Origin: an uncultured Candidatus Saccharibacteria bacterium
GTDB taxonomy: Bacteria; Patescibacteriota; Minisyncoccia; Phycocordibacterales; WO2-35-19
NCBI GenBank assembly: GCA_964365465.1
Contig: CAYIPT010000003.1
Span: 1-42,226, forward strand
Length of the DNA: 42,226 bases
Reading direction: 5' to 3'
The notes under the pieces are model-generated. The model did not search any database. It was not told where the DNA came from and worked only from the letters and a program-made list of their open reading frames with translations. Both the position numbers and the translations under genes were made by a program. This document shows positions 9,042 through 18,920 of this stretch, in pieces (the first letter of the stretch is position 1; every line of letters starts with the position of its first letter).

Positions 9042-10280
9042 ATGCGACAATCGCAACTTTTTACAAAGACAAGGAGAGAGGTGCCGGCGGATGAGACAGC
9101 CAAAAACGCTCAACTACTTGTGCGGGGTGGTTATATCCATAAAGAAATGGCTGGGGTTTATTCATATTTGCCGCTTGGCCTAAGTGTGATAAAAAAAATA
9201 GAAAATATAATAAGAGAAGAGATGAATGCTATTGGAGGCATAGAAATGAAAACATCCATACTTCAAAATAAAGAAATATGGGAAAAAACAAATCGATGGG
9301 ATGATAATGTGGTGGATAACTGGTTTAAGACAAAATTAAAAAGTGGCGGGGAAGTCGGTTTGTCGTTTACTAACGAAGAGGCCTATTCAAACACCCTAAA
9401 ACAACATATAAATTCTTACAAAGATTTACCGGCTTACCCATACGACTTCAAGGAAATTTTTAGAAATGAGACCAGAAGCAAATCAGGAATCTTGAGAATC
9501 AGGGAATTTTATTGGAAGGCCCTTTATTCTCTTTCAAAAGATGAAACTGAGCATAATAATTTTTATGAGAAGGCAAAAATTGCTTACAAAAATATTTTTG
9601 AAAAAACGGGAATAGGATATTTAACTTATATCACTCTTGCGTCAGGAGGCACTTTTTCAAAATTTTCTCACGAATTTCAGACCATTACGGAAGCGGGTGA
9701 AGATGTTATTTATGTTGATGAGAATAAAAAAATAGCCATCAATAAAGAAATTTATAATAACAAAATTATTGAAAATTTAGGACTCCGAAAAGAAGATCTT
9801 GTAGAAAAAAAGGCGATTGAGGTAGGTAACATATTTACCCTTGGAACCAAATTTTCAGAGCCGTTTGATTTAAAATATAAAAATGAAAAAGGAGAAGATT
9901 ATTTGGTTTTCATGGGTTCTTATGGAATTGGTTTGGATCGTTTAATGGGTACCATTGTTGAACTGCTTTCAGACGAAAAGGGCATTGTTTGGCCCGAGAG
10001 TGTTGCGCCGTTTAAATATCATATAATAGAAATTGTTTCTGAAAATACAGAGGTAAAAAAAGAAGCGGAAAAAATTTATAAAAAATTGGGCGCGACAAAT
10101 GTTTTGTATGACGATAGAGATTTGAGGGTGGGAGAAAAATTTGCCGATGCCGATTTACTGGGCATGCCATATCAAATTATTGTCAGCGATAAAAATGCGG
10201 CTTCTGGAAAATTTGAAATTAAAAATAGAAAAACGGGCGAAATTAAAATGGCTTCGGGAGAAGAAATCGGCAGTTTATAA
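9042..10280 (+). CDS. proS: Prolyl-tRNA synthetase, short form without editing domain
   Basis: MRQSQLF..T, FRNE.R, REF, IEVGNIF.LG.KFS, MGSYGIG, GEKFADADLLG. Confidence 0.92.
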   Translation: MRQSQLFTKTRREVPADETAKNAQLLVRGGYIHKEMAGVYSYLPLGLSVIKKIENIIREEMNAIGGIEMKTSILQNKEIWEKTNRWDDNVVDNWFKTKLKSGGEVGLSFTNEEAYSNTLKQHINSYKDLPAYPYDFKEIFRNETRSKSGILRIREFYWKALYSLSKDETEHNNFYEKAKIAYKNIFEKTGIGYLTYITLASGGTFSKFSHEFQTITEAGEDVIYVDENKKIAINKEIYNNKIIENLGLRKEDLVEKKAIEVGNIFTLGTKFSEPFDLKYKNEKGEDYLVFMGSYGIGLDRLMGTIVELLSDEKGIVWPESVAPFKYHIIEIVSENTEVKKEAEKIYKKLGATNVLYDDRDLRVGEKFADADLLGMPYQIIVSDKNAASGKFEIKNRKTGEIKMASGEEIGSL

Positions 10281-10308
10281 TAGTAAAAATTTGTGCTAGA
10301 TTACCCAT

Positions 10309-11376
10309 ATGTTCAAAGAGAAACTGGAACAATGGACACGTGTTTTGCGCAATGATATAGGCATTGATTTGGGGACGGCTAATATGCTGGTTTATGTTCG
10401 TGGCAAAGGCGTTATATTGAATGAACCATCGGTGGTGGCCGTCAACCAAAAAACGGGCCAAGTAGTTGCTGTTGGCATGGAAGCCAAAAATATGCTTGGC
10501 CGGACGCCGCCCCATATTGTGGCAGTACGGCCGATAGTGGACGGAGTCATTTCAGATTTTGAAGTGACGGAAGAAATGATTCATTATCTTTTGAATAAAG
10601 CCCAGGCGATTTCAAAAAAAATATTGGGGCCGAGGGTGGTGGTGGGAGTGCCTTCCGGCATCACTAATGTGGAAACCAGGGCCGTACGGGACGCCACCAA
10701 AAACGCCGGAGCCAGTGAGGTTCATATCGTGGAGGAACCAATGGCAGCTGCTATCGGCATGCACCTGCCTATCGGCGAACCAATGGGTAACATGGTCATT
10801 GATATTGGCGGGGGTACCGCCGATATTGCCGTTATTTCTTTGGGAGGAGTGGTCAGTTCCAAAAATATTCGTATTGCGGGAGACAAATTAAACAACGATA
10901 TTACTTCTTACATTAGAAGCGAATTTAAAATAGTTATAGGAGAAAAAACTGCCGAAAATATAAAAATATCAACTTGTTCTCTTTTGGCAGGAGAAAACCC
11001 CCTTGAAACCCAAGCCAGAGGACGGGATCTTATCACTGGATTGCCGCGGGAAGTGATGGTGACCGATTCCGACATAAGAGAAGCGGTTTCGCATTCGGTT
11101 GAAAGATTGATTGAGGCCGTCAAAGAAGTGTTGGAAATTACTCCGCCGGAAATACTTTCCGACATAATGCATCGCGGCATTTATCTGGCTGGCGGCGGGG
11201 CAATGATAAAAGGTTTCGCTGAAATTTTAGCTGAAGAGGTAAAAATGCCGATTTATATGGCGGATGATCCTCTCACTTGCGTGGTTCGCGGCACTGGCAT
11301 TATTTTAGAAAAACTCGATAAATTTAAAGATATTTTAATTGCCGACGAAAATGACATTTCAAATAAGACATACTAA
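10309..11376 (+). CDS. mreB: Rod shape-determining protein MreB, copy 2
   Basis: GIDLGTAN, EEPMAAAIG, DIGGGT; directly upstream of mreC. Confidence 0.95.
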   Translation: MFKEKLEQWTRVLRNDIGIDLGTANMLVYVRGKGVILNEPSVVAVNQKTGQVVAVGMEAKNMLGRTPPHIVAVRPIVDGVISDFEVTEEMIHYLLNKAQAISKKILGPRVVVGVPSGITNVETRAVRDATKNAGASEVHIVEEPMAAAIGMHLPIGEPMGNMVIDIGGGTADIAVISLGGVVSSKNIRIAGDKLNNDITSYIRSEFKIVIGEKTAENIKISTCSLLAGENPLETQARGRDLITGLPREVMVTDSDIREAVSHSVERLIEAVKEVLEITPPEILSDIMHRGIYLAGGGAMIKGFAEILAEEVKMPIYMADDPLTCVVRGTGIILEKLDKFKDILIADENDISNKTY

Positions 11377-12154
11377 ACAAAATTTTTTTGGGGGTAATTT
11401 TTTGAAAATGTTGCTCATGTTTTTTTTTATTTTTATTTTATTTTTTTTATTTAACACAAATTCGGCTCACTCCCTGTTTTCTGATATTTTTTATCCCTTT
11501 TTTAAAACAGGAGATTATTTTTACAATAGTTTAAGCCAAATGCCCAAATTTTTTACTGATAAAAACGAGTTAATCAAAGAAAATACGGGACTCTCAAATA
11601 AAATGGAAAATTTATACAACAATATAATCGACTATGAATCTGTAAAATACGAAAATCAAAAACTGCGCAAAGAGCTCGGCCTGAAACTGGCGGAAAATTT
11701 TATCACCGCTTCCATTGTTGCTAAACCTCCCCAGACACCGCTTGATTCTTTGTTTTTGGACAAGGGAACGGCAGATGGTATAAATAATGGGGATTTTGTT
11801 TTGACTGGCGAAAGAATTTTAATTGGTAAAATCACCAAGGTCGGCAAGAACAGGGCTACCGTCGCTCTTAATTCTTTTGTCGGAACGGTCACTTATGGGT
11901 TTGTGGCCAGAACCGATGAACCTTTGGAAATAAAGGGGGCTGGTGGCAACAATACAGAAACCAAGATGCCCATTGATTTTGATATAGTTGTCGGAGATAA
12001 AATAATGGTAAATGGCCCTTTTAATTATACAGTCGCCATCGTTGGCGCCATAGAAGAGAATAGTTCTTCCGGTTTTAAAAAAATTATGATGTCTTTGCCA
12101 GTTAATATTTCAAAAACCAATATTGTTTTTATAGAACCCATTATTAATGAGTAG
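11351..12154 (+). CDS. mreC: Rod shape-determining protein MreC
   Basis: TM helix, ENQKLRKELG coiled coil, LDKG.ADG; position after mreB. Confidence 0.85.
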   Translation: MTFQIRHTKQNFFGGNFLKMLLMFFFIFILFFLFNTNSAHSLFSDIFYPFFKTGDYFYNSLSQMPKFFTDKNELIKENTGLSNKMENLYNNIIDYESVKYENQKLRKELGLKLAENFITASIVAKPPQTPLDSLFLDKGTADGINNGDFVLTGERILIGKITKVGKNRATVALNSFVGTVTYGFVARTDEPLEIKGAGGNNTETKMPIDFDIVVGDKIMVNGPFNYTVAIVGAIEENSSSGFKKIMMSLPVNISKTNIVFIEPIINE

Positions 12155-12407
12155 AATTTTATTTTTTTTAGCAATCATAATTATTCCCGTTGTTTTTAGC
12201 TGGTGGCTTTTCGTGCCTCTAGTTTTGCTTTTTATTTATCTAGCCAAATTGCCATACGAAATTATTTTAGCCGGTTTTTTGCTTGATTCTGTTTACTATT
12301 TCGGCGACAACTTTCTATTCAAACATTTATTAACCATTTTTTCTCTCTCATTAATCCTCATTACCCTCTTTCTAAATCAAAGAATCCATTGGCGCAAGGT
12401 TATATAA
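12147..12407 (+). CDS. Small hydrophobic protein in the mreD position (MreD-like)
   Basis: 86 aa, multiple TM segments, GFLLD motif, between mreC and PBP2. Confidence 0.6.
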   Translation: MSRILFFLAIIIIPVVFSWWLFVPLVLLFIYLAKLPYEIILAGFLLDSVYYFGDNFLFKHLLTIFSLSLILITLFLNQRIHWRKVI

Positions 12408-12410
12408 AGT

Positions 12411-14090
12411 ATGAAAAAAAGTTATAAAGACATAGCTCCCGATGAAATTTTTATGGACTCGGAAAATTTGCCGGGGTTTGATTTGCACCAATTTGAGGGC
12501 CGGCTTGAAAAACCTATTTCTCCCAAAGTTTTTTCTTTTTTTTGTTTGGTTTGTTCCTTGGTGGCGATTATTTTTTTAGTAAAATTTGTTTCTTTGCAAA
12601 TCGTCCACGGTTCGGAATATAGAGAAAGAAGCGAAAATAACAAACTAAAACAAATTTTACTGGTGGCGCCGAGGGGCGCGATATACAGCCGGGATGGCAA
12701 GCTACTGGCCTGGAATGAAAAAACAGATAACGAAGCAGATTTTCCTTCACGAAAATATATTAAAGATTCTGGATTCTCCAATCTTTTAGGATTTTTAAAA
12801 TATCCCGCCAAAGACAAAGCCGGCTTTTATTATGAAGAAGAATTTTTACCCAAAGACGGAGCGGAACTTTACTTGAATGAAATACTTTCCGGCCGAAACG
12901 GTTTTAAGTTTATAGAAACATCGGTTAACGGAGAAATGGTTTCTCAGAGCGTTATTCAGCCGCCCAAAGGGGGCGAAGACGCTGTTTTGTCTGTTGACGC
13001 CGGAGTGCAAAACGAATTTTATAAAATAATGAAAAATCTTTCCGCTGATGTCGGTTTTCAGGGCGGAGCGGGAGCTATTATGGATATTAATTCCGGAGAA
13101 ATGCTAACAATGGTCAGTTTTCCCGAATACAATTCGGAAATAATGACCGAAGGAAGTGACGCTCAAAAAATACAAAATTATTACAAAGACGCGCACAACC
13201 CTTTTTTGAATAGAGTTATATCTGGACTTTATACGCCAGGATCAATTGTCAAGCCATTTTTGGCTTTTGCCGCTCTGGAAGAAAAAATTATTACACCTGA
13301 AAAAGAAATAATAAGCACTGGCAAAATTGAAGTGCCCAATCCCTATGATCCCGACAAACCGTCTATTTTTAAGGACTGGAAAGCTCACGGAGCGGTTGAT
13401 ATGAGAAGAGCTATCGCGGTTTCCTCCGATGTCTATTTTTATGAAATAGGCGGAGGATTTAGCAATCAAAAGGGCTTGGGTATTGATAGAATAAAAAAAT
13501 ATTTGGAAACATTTGGCTTTACAAAAAAAACAGGCTTTGATTTTCAAAAAGAAGCTGTTGGCGTTATTCCGGACCCGGTCTGGAAAGGGAAGACATTTAA
13601 TGGGGAAATATGGCGCATTGGAGATACTTACAATACTGCTATTGGCCAATACGGAATGCAAATTACTCCCATTCAAATGGTTGTGGCAACAGCCGCTCTA
13701 GCCAACGGGGGCAAATTGGTGTCGCCCACAATTTTATTTACATCTACCAGCACCATTTCTTCCGGTGCAAAAATAAAAGGCGCTTCTGAAAGTTTTCAAA
13801 TTGTGAGGGAGGGAATGCGAGCTAGCGTGGCCGAGAACGGTACGGCTGCGGGGTTAAATATAGAGGCGGTGAAAGTGGCGGGAAAAACAGGTACGGCTGA
13901 ACTCGGTTCACGAAAGCAATTTGTTAATTCTTGGGTCATTGGATTTTTTCCTTATGAAAAGCCAAAATACGCTTTTGCTGTTGTAATGGAAAAAGGTCCA
14001 GCCGCTAACTTAACTGGCGCCGTTTTCGTTATGCGTTCTCTTTTGGACTGGATGGCGATCAATACGCCGGAGTATTTAAAGAATGAATAA
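12411..14090 (+). CDS. mrdA: Class B penicillin-binding protein 2
   Basis: APRG.IY.RDG, PGSIVK (SxxK), SSD, KTGTAE; mre operon context. Confidence 0.88.
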   Translation: MKKSYKDIAPDEIFMDSENLPGFDLHQFEGRLEKPISPKVFSFFCLVCSLVAIIFLVKFVSLQIVHGSEYRERSENNKLKQILLVAPRGAIYSRDGKLLAWNEKTDNEADFPSRKYIKDSGFSNLLGFLKYPAKDKAGFYYEEEFLPKDGAELYLNEILSGRNGFKFIETSVNGEMVSQSVIQPPKGGEDAVLSVDAGVQNEFYKIMKNLSADVGFQGGAGAIMDINSGEMLTMVSFPEYNSEIMTEGSDAQKIQNYYKDAHNPFLNRVISGLYTPGSIVKPFLAFAALEEKIITPEKEIISTGKIEVPNPYDPDKPSIFKDWKAHGAVDMRRAIAVSSDVYFYEIGGGFSNQKGLGIDRIKKYLETFGFTKKTGFDFQKEAVGVIPDPVWKGKTFNGEIWRIGDTYNTAIGQYGMQITPIQMVVATAALANGGKLVSPTILFTSTSTISSGAKIKGASESFQIVREGMRASVAENGTAAGLNIEAVKVAGKTGTAELGSRKQFVNSWVIGFFPYEKPKYAFAVVMEKGPAANLTGAVFVMRSLLDWMAINTPEYLKNE

Positions 14091-14104
14091 AGTATAATAA
14101 ATAA

Positions 14105-15307
14105 ATGAAATTTCTATTGAAAAATATTTTGGTGGCAATACTAGGATGGCAAGTGAGAAGGTTGAGACGCAAGAATAATTTTAAGATTATAGGAGTGGTT
14201 GGGAGTATTGGCAAAACAAGCACAAAACTTGCCATTGCCAAGGTCTTGGCGTCGGAAAAGAGAGTGAGATATCAAGAAGGAAATTACAACGAAATAATAA
14301 GCGTACCCTTAGTGTTTTTTGGACACAAGATGCCTGATATTTGGAATGTTTTTTCTTGGGCTAAAATTATTTTGAATAACGAATGGCAGATAATAAAAAA
14401 ATTTCCTTTTGATTTTGTTGTTGTAGAACTTGGCACTGACGCGCCCGGACAAATAAGCCTGTTTAGAAAATATTTACATTTGGATGTGGCGGTGGTTACA
14501 GCCATAGCGCCGGAACATATGGAATTTTTTGGTGATATTAAAAATGTAGCCGAGGAAGAATGGTCAGTTCGTTATTTTAGCGACCTGGTTTTTGTTAACA
14601 GGGATTTGTGCAAAATTTTACCCGAAGATTTTGACCATGACCAAATAATTTTTTACGGCAAAGAATTTGATGCTGATTATAAATATGAAATTGTTTCTCC
14701 AGTCCAACTTTATTCCATAAGCATAGCCATAATTATAGCTAAAAAGTTTGGTGTTAATGAAGAAAAAATAAAAAAAGCTGTGAGCGAAATTAAAAGTTTT
14801 TCGGGAAGAATGCAAAAACTAAAAGGCATCAAAAATTCTATAATTATAGATGATACTTATAATGCCAGTCCCGATGCGGTCAAAATAGCCCTGGATACTT
14901 TGTGTGCCCAACCAGCTGCCCAGAGAATTGCCATTTTGGGAATGATGAATGAGCTGGGCGCCATATCGGAAGCGGAGCACAAAAAAATAGGCAAATATTG
15001 CAACCCTAAATTTTTAGATTTACTAGTTACAATTGGCAAAGACGCGAATCTTTTCCTGGCGCCAGAAGCTAGAAAAAACGGTTGCGAAGTTTATGAGGCC
15101 AAAAATGCAGTTGATGCCGGCAATTTTGTCAAAAATAAAATAAAGGAAGGCGCTGTTATTTTGGCCAAGGGCTCTCAAAACGGGGTCTTTACTGAAGAAT
15201 CTCTCAAACCTCTTCTTGCCAATCCATCTGATTTCTCCAAACTCGTCCGCCAAGATAAAGAATGGATGAACAAGAAAAGATTGACTTTTAATCTTGACCG
15301 CTTATAA
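14105..15307 (+). CDS. murF: Mur ligase, MurF-like
   Basis: GSIGKTST P-loop, DDTYNASP, LGMMNELG, AKGSQ. Confidence 0.8.
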   Translation: MKFLLKNILVAILGWQVRRLRRKNNFKIIGVVGSIGKTSTKLAIAKVLASEKRVRYQEGNYNEIISVPLVFFGHKMPDIWNVFSWAKIILNNEWQIIKKFPFDFVVVELGTDAPGQISLFRKYLHLDVAVVTAIAPEHMEFFGDIKNVAEEEWSVRYFSDLVFVNRDLCKILPEDFDHDQIIFYGKEFDADYKYEIVSPVQLYSISIAIIIAKKFGVNEEKIKKAVSEIKSFSGRMQKLKGIKNSIIIDDTYNASPDAVKIALDTLCAQPAAQRIAILGMMNELGAISEAEHKKIGKYCNPKFLDLLVTIGKDANLFLAPEARKNGCEVYEAKNAVDAGNFVKNKIKEGAVILAKGSQNGVFTEESLKPLLANPSDFSKLVRQDKEWMNKKRLTFNLDRL

Positions 15308-15308
15308 T
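15281..15308 (+). promoter_or_regulatory. Putative sigma70 promoter for greA-lysS
   Basis: TTGACT (15281-15286), 16-nt spacer, TATAAT (15303-15308). Confidence 0.5.
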
Positions 15309-15337
15309 ACTGGTTCCTATTATTTTAATTTTAAAAC

Positions 15338-15802
15338 ATGGAAGAAAAAGAATACTTAACAAAGGAAAAACATCAGGCCTTAAAAGAGGAGCTTGATTAC
15401 TTAAAAAAAACAAAACGCAGGGAAGTGGCCGAACAGTTGGAGTATGCCAAATCGCTGGGCGACCTTTCGGAGAATGCCGAATATCATGAGGCGCGGGATA
15501 CGCAAGGCGTAGTGGAAGACAGAATTAATAAATTGGAAGCTATTCTCAAGAATGCGGTTATTGTTTCTTCTCATCACACTGAGGCGGTAGCGGTTGGATC
15601 GGAAATTACAGTAATGAAAAACGGGGATAAGAATGAAAAAATTTATACTATTGTTGGAGATGAAGAATTCGATCTAGCTGCTGGAAAGATTTCCATGCAC
15701 TCGCCGTTTGGTGAAGCTATAATAGGCAAAAAGAAGGGAGAGACATTTACCTATAATGCGCCTTCCGGCCCTATCACATATAAAATAATTGGTATAAAAT
15801 AG
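15338..15802 (+). CDS. greA: Transcription elongation factor GreA
   Basis: GDLSENAEY, SPFGEAIIGKK. Confidence 0.96.
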   Translation: MEEKEYLTKEKHQALKEELDYLKKTKRREVAEQLEYAKSLGDLSENAEYHEARDTQGVVEDRINKLEAILKNAVIVSSHHTEAVAVGSEITVMKNGDKNEKIYTIVGDEEFDLAAGKISMHSPFGEAIIGKKKGETFTYNAPSGPITYKIIGIK

Positions 15803-15806
15803 AGGC

Positions 15807-17264
15807 ATGGCTTCTTTAGAAGAAATAAAAGAGGGACGGCTCAAAAAACTGGAGACCCTTAGAAAAGCGGGTATAGATCCTTATCCCGCCAAAACAGAGA
15901 GGGACTTTGAGATTGGAGAACTTATAAAAAAATTTGAAAAATTACAAAGCGAAAATAAGTCGGTAACTATTGCCGGCCGAGTAATGGCTTTGCGTTTGCA
16001 GGGCGCTATTGCTTTTGCCGATATTTTTGACGGTACTGGAAAATTTCAAATATTGTTTAAAAAAGGAGAAAAAATGAGTAATGAAAGTTTTGATTTGTTT
16101 TTAGAGACAGTTGATATTGGAGATTTTGTACAAGCTACGGGTACTCTTTTTACTACCAAGAGGGAAGAAAAAACCATGCAAGTTTCGGCTTGGAAAATGC
16201 TGACCAAAAGCCTGCAACCACTGCCTGAAAAATGGCACGGTCTCGCAAATGTTGAAGAAAGATATCGCAAGCGCTATTTGGATTTTTTAATGGATCCAGA
16301 ACTGAGAGATTTAATTGTTAAGAAGTCGCAATTTTGGAATGTGATCAGAAGCTTTTTTAGGGAAAAAGGATTTTTGGAAGTGGAAACGCCGACCTTGGAA
16401 GTGACTACCGGCGGAGCAGAGGCAAGGCCGTTTAAAACTCATCACAATGATTTTGATATGGATATGTATTTGAGAATTTCTGTGGGTGAATTGTGGCAAA
16501 AACGGCTGATGGCCTCCGGCTTTCCCAAGACATTTGAAATAGGCAGGATCTACAGGAATGAAGGCACTAGCCCGGAGCACTTACAAGAGTTTACTAATGT
16601 TGAATTTTATTGGAGTTATGCCGATTATAGAATGGGAATGGAGTTGGTAAAAGAGTTATACAAAACTATTGCCCAAGAAATTTTTAGCAAAACAAAATTT
16701 GAATATAATGGCCACACTTTTGATTTGGCTGATGATTGGATTGAAATTGATTATGCAAGTGAAATAAAAAAGCAAACAAGCGTTGATATTGCCGAAGCCA
16801 ATGAAGAAGAAATGAAAGAAAAATGCAATGAACTTAAAATTACATATCGAGGAGAAAATAAAGAAAGATTAACCGACACTCTTTGGAAATATTGTCGTAA
16901 AAATATTTCGGGACCGGCATTTGTTATTAATCATCCGGTTTTGGTAGCGCCCTTGGCCAAAAAAGTTTTAGGAAAAGAGGTGGTGCAAATGTTTCAGCCG
17001 ATTATTGCCGGCTCGGAGATTGGCAGGGGATATTCTGAATTAAATGATCCAATTGATCAGCAAAAAAGATTTGAAGAACAAGGAATACTTTTGGGGGCAG
17101 GCGATGAAGAAGCCATGATGCCTGATTTGGAATTTGTTGAAATGTTGGAACACGGTATGCCGCCGACTTGCGGCTTCGGATTTGGCGAGCGCCTTTTTGC
17201 TATTCTTGCCAATCATCCCGTCCGCGAACTTCAAACTTTTCCTTTGATGCGCCCAAGGGAGTGA
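15807..17264 (+). CDS. lysS: Lysyl-tRNA synthetase, class II
   Basis: PLPEKWHGL, GGAEARPF.THHN, YRNEG, SELNDP, GMPPTCGFGFG. Confidence 0.96.
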   Translation: MASLEEIKEGRLKKLETLRKAGIDPYPAKTERDFEIGELIKKFEKLQSENKSVTIAGRVMALRLQGAIAFADIFDGTGKFQILFKKGEKMSNESFDLFLETVDIGDFVQATGTLFTTKREEKTMQVSAWKMLTKSLQPLPEKWHGLANVEERYRKRYLDFLMDPELRDLIVKKSQFWNVIRSFFREKGFLEVETPTLEVTTGGAEARPFKTHHNDFDMDMYLRISVGELWQKRLMASGFPKTFEIGRIYRNEGTSPEHLQEFTNVEFYWSYADYRMGMELVKELYKTIAQEIFSKTKFEYNGHTFDLADDWIEIDYASEIKKQTSVDIAEANEEEMKEKCNELKITYRGENKERLTDTLWKYCRKNISGPAFVINHPVLVAPLAKKVLGKEVVQMFQPIIAGSEIGRGYSELNDPIDQQKRFEEQGILLGAGDEEAMMPDLEFVEMLEHGMPPTCGFGFGERLFAILANHPVRELQTFPLMRPRE

Positions 17265-17368
17265 TTTGACACTCTTATTCTGATATAATATTCGTAATAA
17301 AGACGAGACATTCTCGTCATAGAAAATAAGTGATAAATTATCACTAGTTATTATTAATAAAATTACAT

Positions 17369-18322
17369 ATGAAAACAAAAGTTTTTGCAAGTGCGGCTAT
17401 GATCGCAGCTTTGATTGTTTTGGGGAGTCCGATATATTCGTTTGCCCAAACAACCGGAACCACAACCAGTGTTTCAAATCAGGTTCAAGCATTGCTTAAC
17501 CAAATAGAGAGTTTGCAGACGCAAATTCAAACACTCCAAGCTCTTCAGGGGCAAATTATAAAAGCGCAGGGAGAGGTAAGCCAATCGTTGAAGCTTATCC
17601 GCAGTTTGAGGCAGGGTATGAGTGGAGATGATGTCAAGGCCTTGCAAGCAATTTTGGCGGCCGATACCAGCATATATCCGGAAGGAATGATAACTGGTTT
17701 TTATGGCCGACTGACTTCAGAAGCGGTCAAAAGATTCCAAAAAAAGTATGGCATTGAAATGCTCGGTTTTGTGGGTCCCAAAACTATTAAAAAACTGAAT
17801 GAGGAAGTGGGTAAGCTATCACTTTCACAAGAGAATGATGACAATGATGAAGATAATGATGGAGATAAAAATGATAAAAAATTCTGTGCCAAAATTCCTC
17901 CGGGTCATCTAATAGCTCCCGGTTGGCTCAAGAAAAATAACAGTGTCAAACCCATCGTGCCCGAATGTCAAAAATTGCCAAAAGGCATAGAAGATAAATT
18001 GGATGATGATCGTGGCGCCATAACTGATACGACGGCACCTGTTATTTCCGGGGTGACTACTTCAAACCTCTTGGCTACTACTACCAATATTGTCTGGATC
18101 ACTAATGAAAAATCCAACAGCAAGGTCTGGTTTGGCACCACCACTCCGCTTAATTTAGGTCTACCGGCTTCTATAAGTTCGTCCGAGAAAGTCAAAGGTC
18201 ACAACCTATTGCTTTCCGGCTTGGCCACATCAACAACTTACTATTACATAGTAGGTTCATCTGACGAAAGGGGAAACACGGCGACATCAAGCCAAAACTT
18301 GTTCACCACTTTAGCAAACTAG
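17369..18322 (+). CDS. Secreted protein with peptidoglycan-binding domain and C-terminal Fn3-like domain
   Basis: Signal peptide; LRQGMSGDDVKALQ..TGFYGRLTSEAVKRFQ..VGPKT; DTTAPVIS..WITNE..LSGLATSTTYYY. Confidence 0.85.
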   Translation: MKTKVFASAAMIAALIVLGSPIYSFAQTTGTTTSVSNQVQALLNQIESLQTQIQTLQALQGQIIKAQGEVSQSLKLIRSLRQGMSGDDVKALQAILAADTSIYPEGMITGFYGRLTSEAVKRFQKKYGIEMLGFVGPKTIKKLNEEVGKLSLSQENDDNDEDNDGDKNDKKFCAKIPPGHLIAPGWLKKNNSVKPIVPECQKLPKGIEDKLDDDRGAITDTTAPVISGVTTSNLLATTTNIVWITNEKSNSKVWFGTTTPLNLGLPASISSSEKVKGHNLLLSGLATSTTYYYIVGSSDERGNTATSSQNLFTTLAN

Positions 18323-18352
18323 AAATTTCTTAATTTTCTGGTTCAAGCAAGC

Positions 18353-18378
18353 AAAAATCGCCAAACATGGCGATTTTT
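18353..18378 (+). terminator. Probable intrinsic terminator
   Basis: AAAAATCGCCA-AACA-TGGCGATTTTT after the stop at 18322. Confidence 0.65.
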
Positions 18379-18380
18379 GA

Positions 18381-18465
18381 GTTATCCACTTATCCACAGG
18401 GCAAAGTGGTGGACGGATATAATGAGGTGGTATAAGATGGAATCAAGTGGGAAAAAGTGGATAAC
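18381..18465 (+). promoter_or_regulatory. mraZ upstream region: MraZ-type GTGG repeats plus DnaA-box-like motifs
   Basis: GTGG/ATGG at 18427, 18437, 18447, 18457 (10-nt period); TTATCCACA at 18390-18398. Confidence 0.7.
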
Positions 18466-18474
18466 TTTCTTTTT

Positions 18475-18912
18475 ATGCTCATCGGAGAATACACGCATAC
18501 CATAGACGACAAAAACAGAGTTTCTCTGCCGTCCAGGTTTCGTTCTCTGATGGGCAAGAAGATTGTAATTACGCCGGGTTTAGATCAGTGTTTGTTTGCT
18601 TTCACCATTAAGGAATGGGAAAAAATTGCGAGCAGGTTGTCGGAAAATTCTTCAGTCCTTTCCTCTGATATGCGAAGCTTCACCAGATATATGTTCGGCG
18701 GAGCCAGCGAAGTGGAAGTGGATAATATCGGACGAGTTTTGGTTCCGGATTTCCTGAGGGAGCGCGCCAATCTCAAAACCAAAGTGGTTTTGATAGGAGT
18801 GCAGAATCGGGTGGAAATATGGAACGAAAAATCGTGGACCGATTACAAGAAACAGGTGGAAAAGGGAGCCGATGGTTTGGCTGAAAAATTATCAGGCCTG
18901 GGCATCATGTAA
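18475..18912 (+). CDS. mraZ: Transcriptional regulator MraZ
   Basis: MLIGEYTHTIDDKNRVSLP, D.IGRVLVP, RVEIW. Start placed at ATG 18475. Confidence 0.96.
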   Translation: MLIGEYTHTIDDKNRVSLPSRFRSLMGKKIVITPGLDQCLFAFTIKEWEKIASRLSENSSVLSSDMRSFTRYMFGGASEVEVDNIGRVLVPDFLRERANLKTKVVLIGVQNRVEIWNEKSWTDYKKQVEKGADGLAEKLSGLGIM

Positions 18913-18920
18913 TTGCAATT

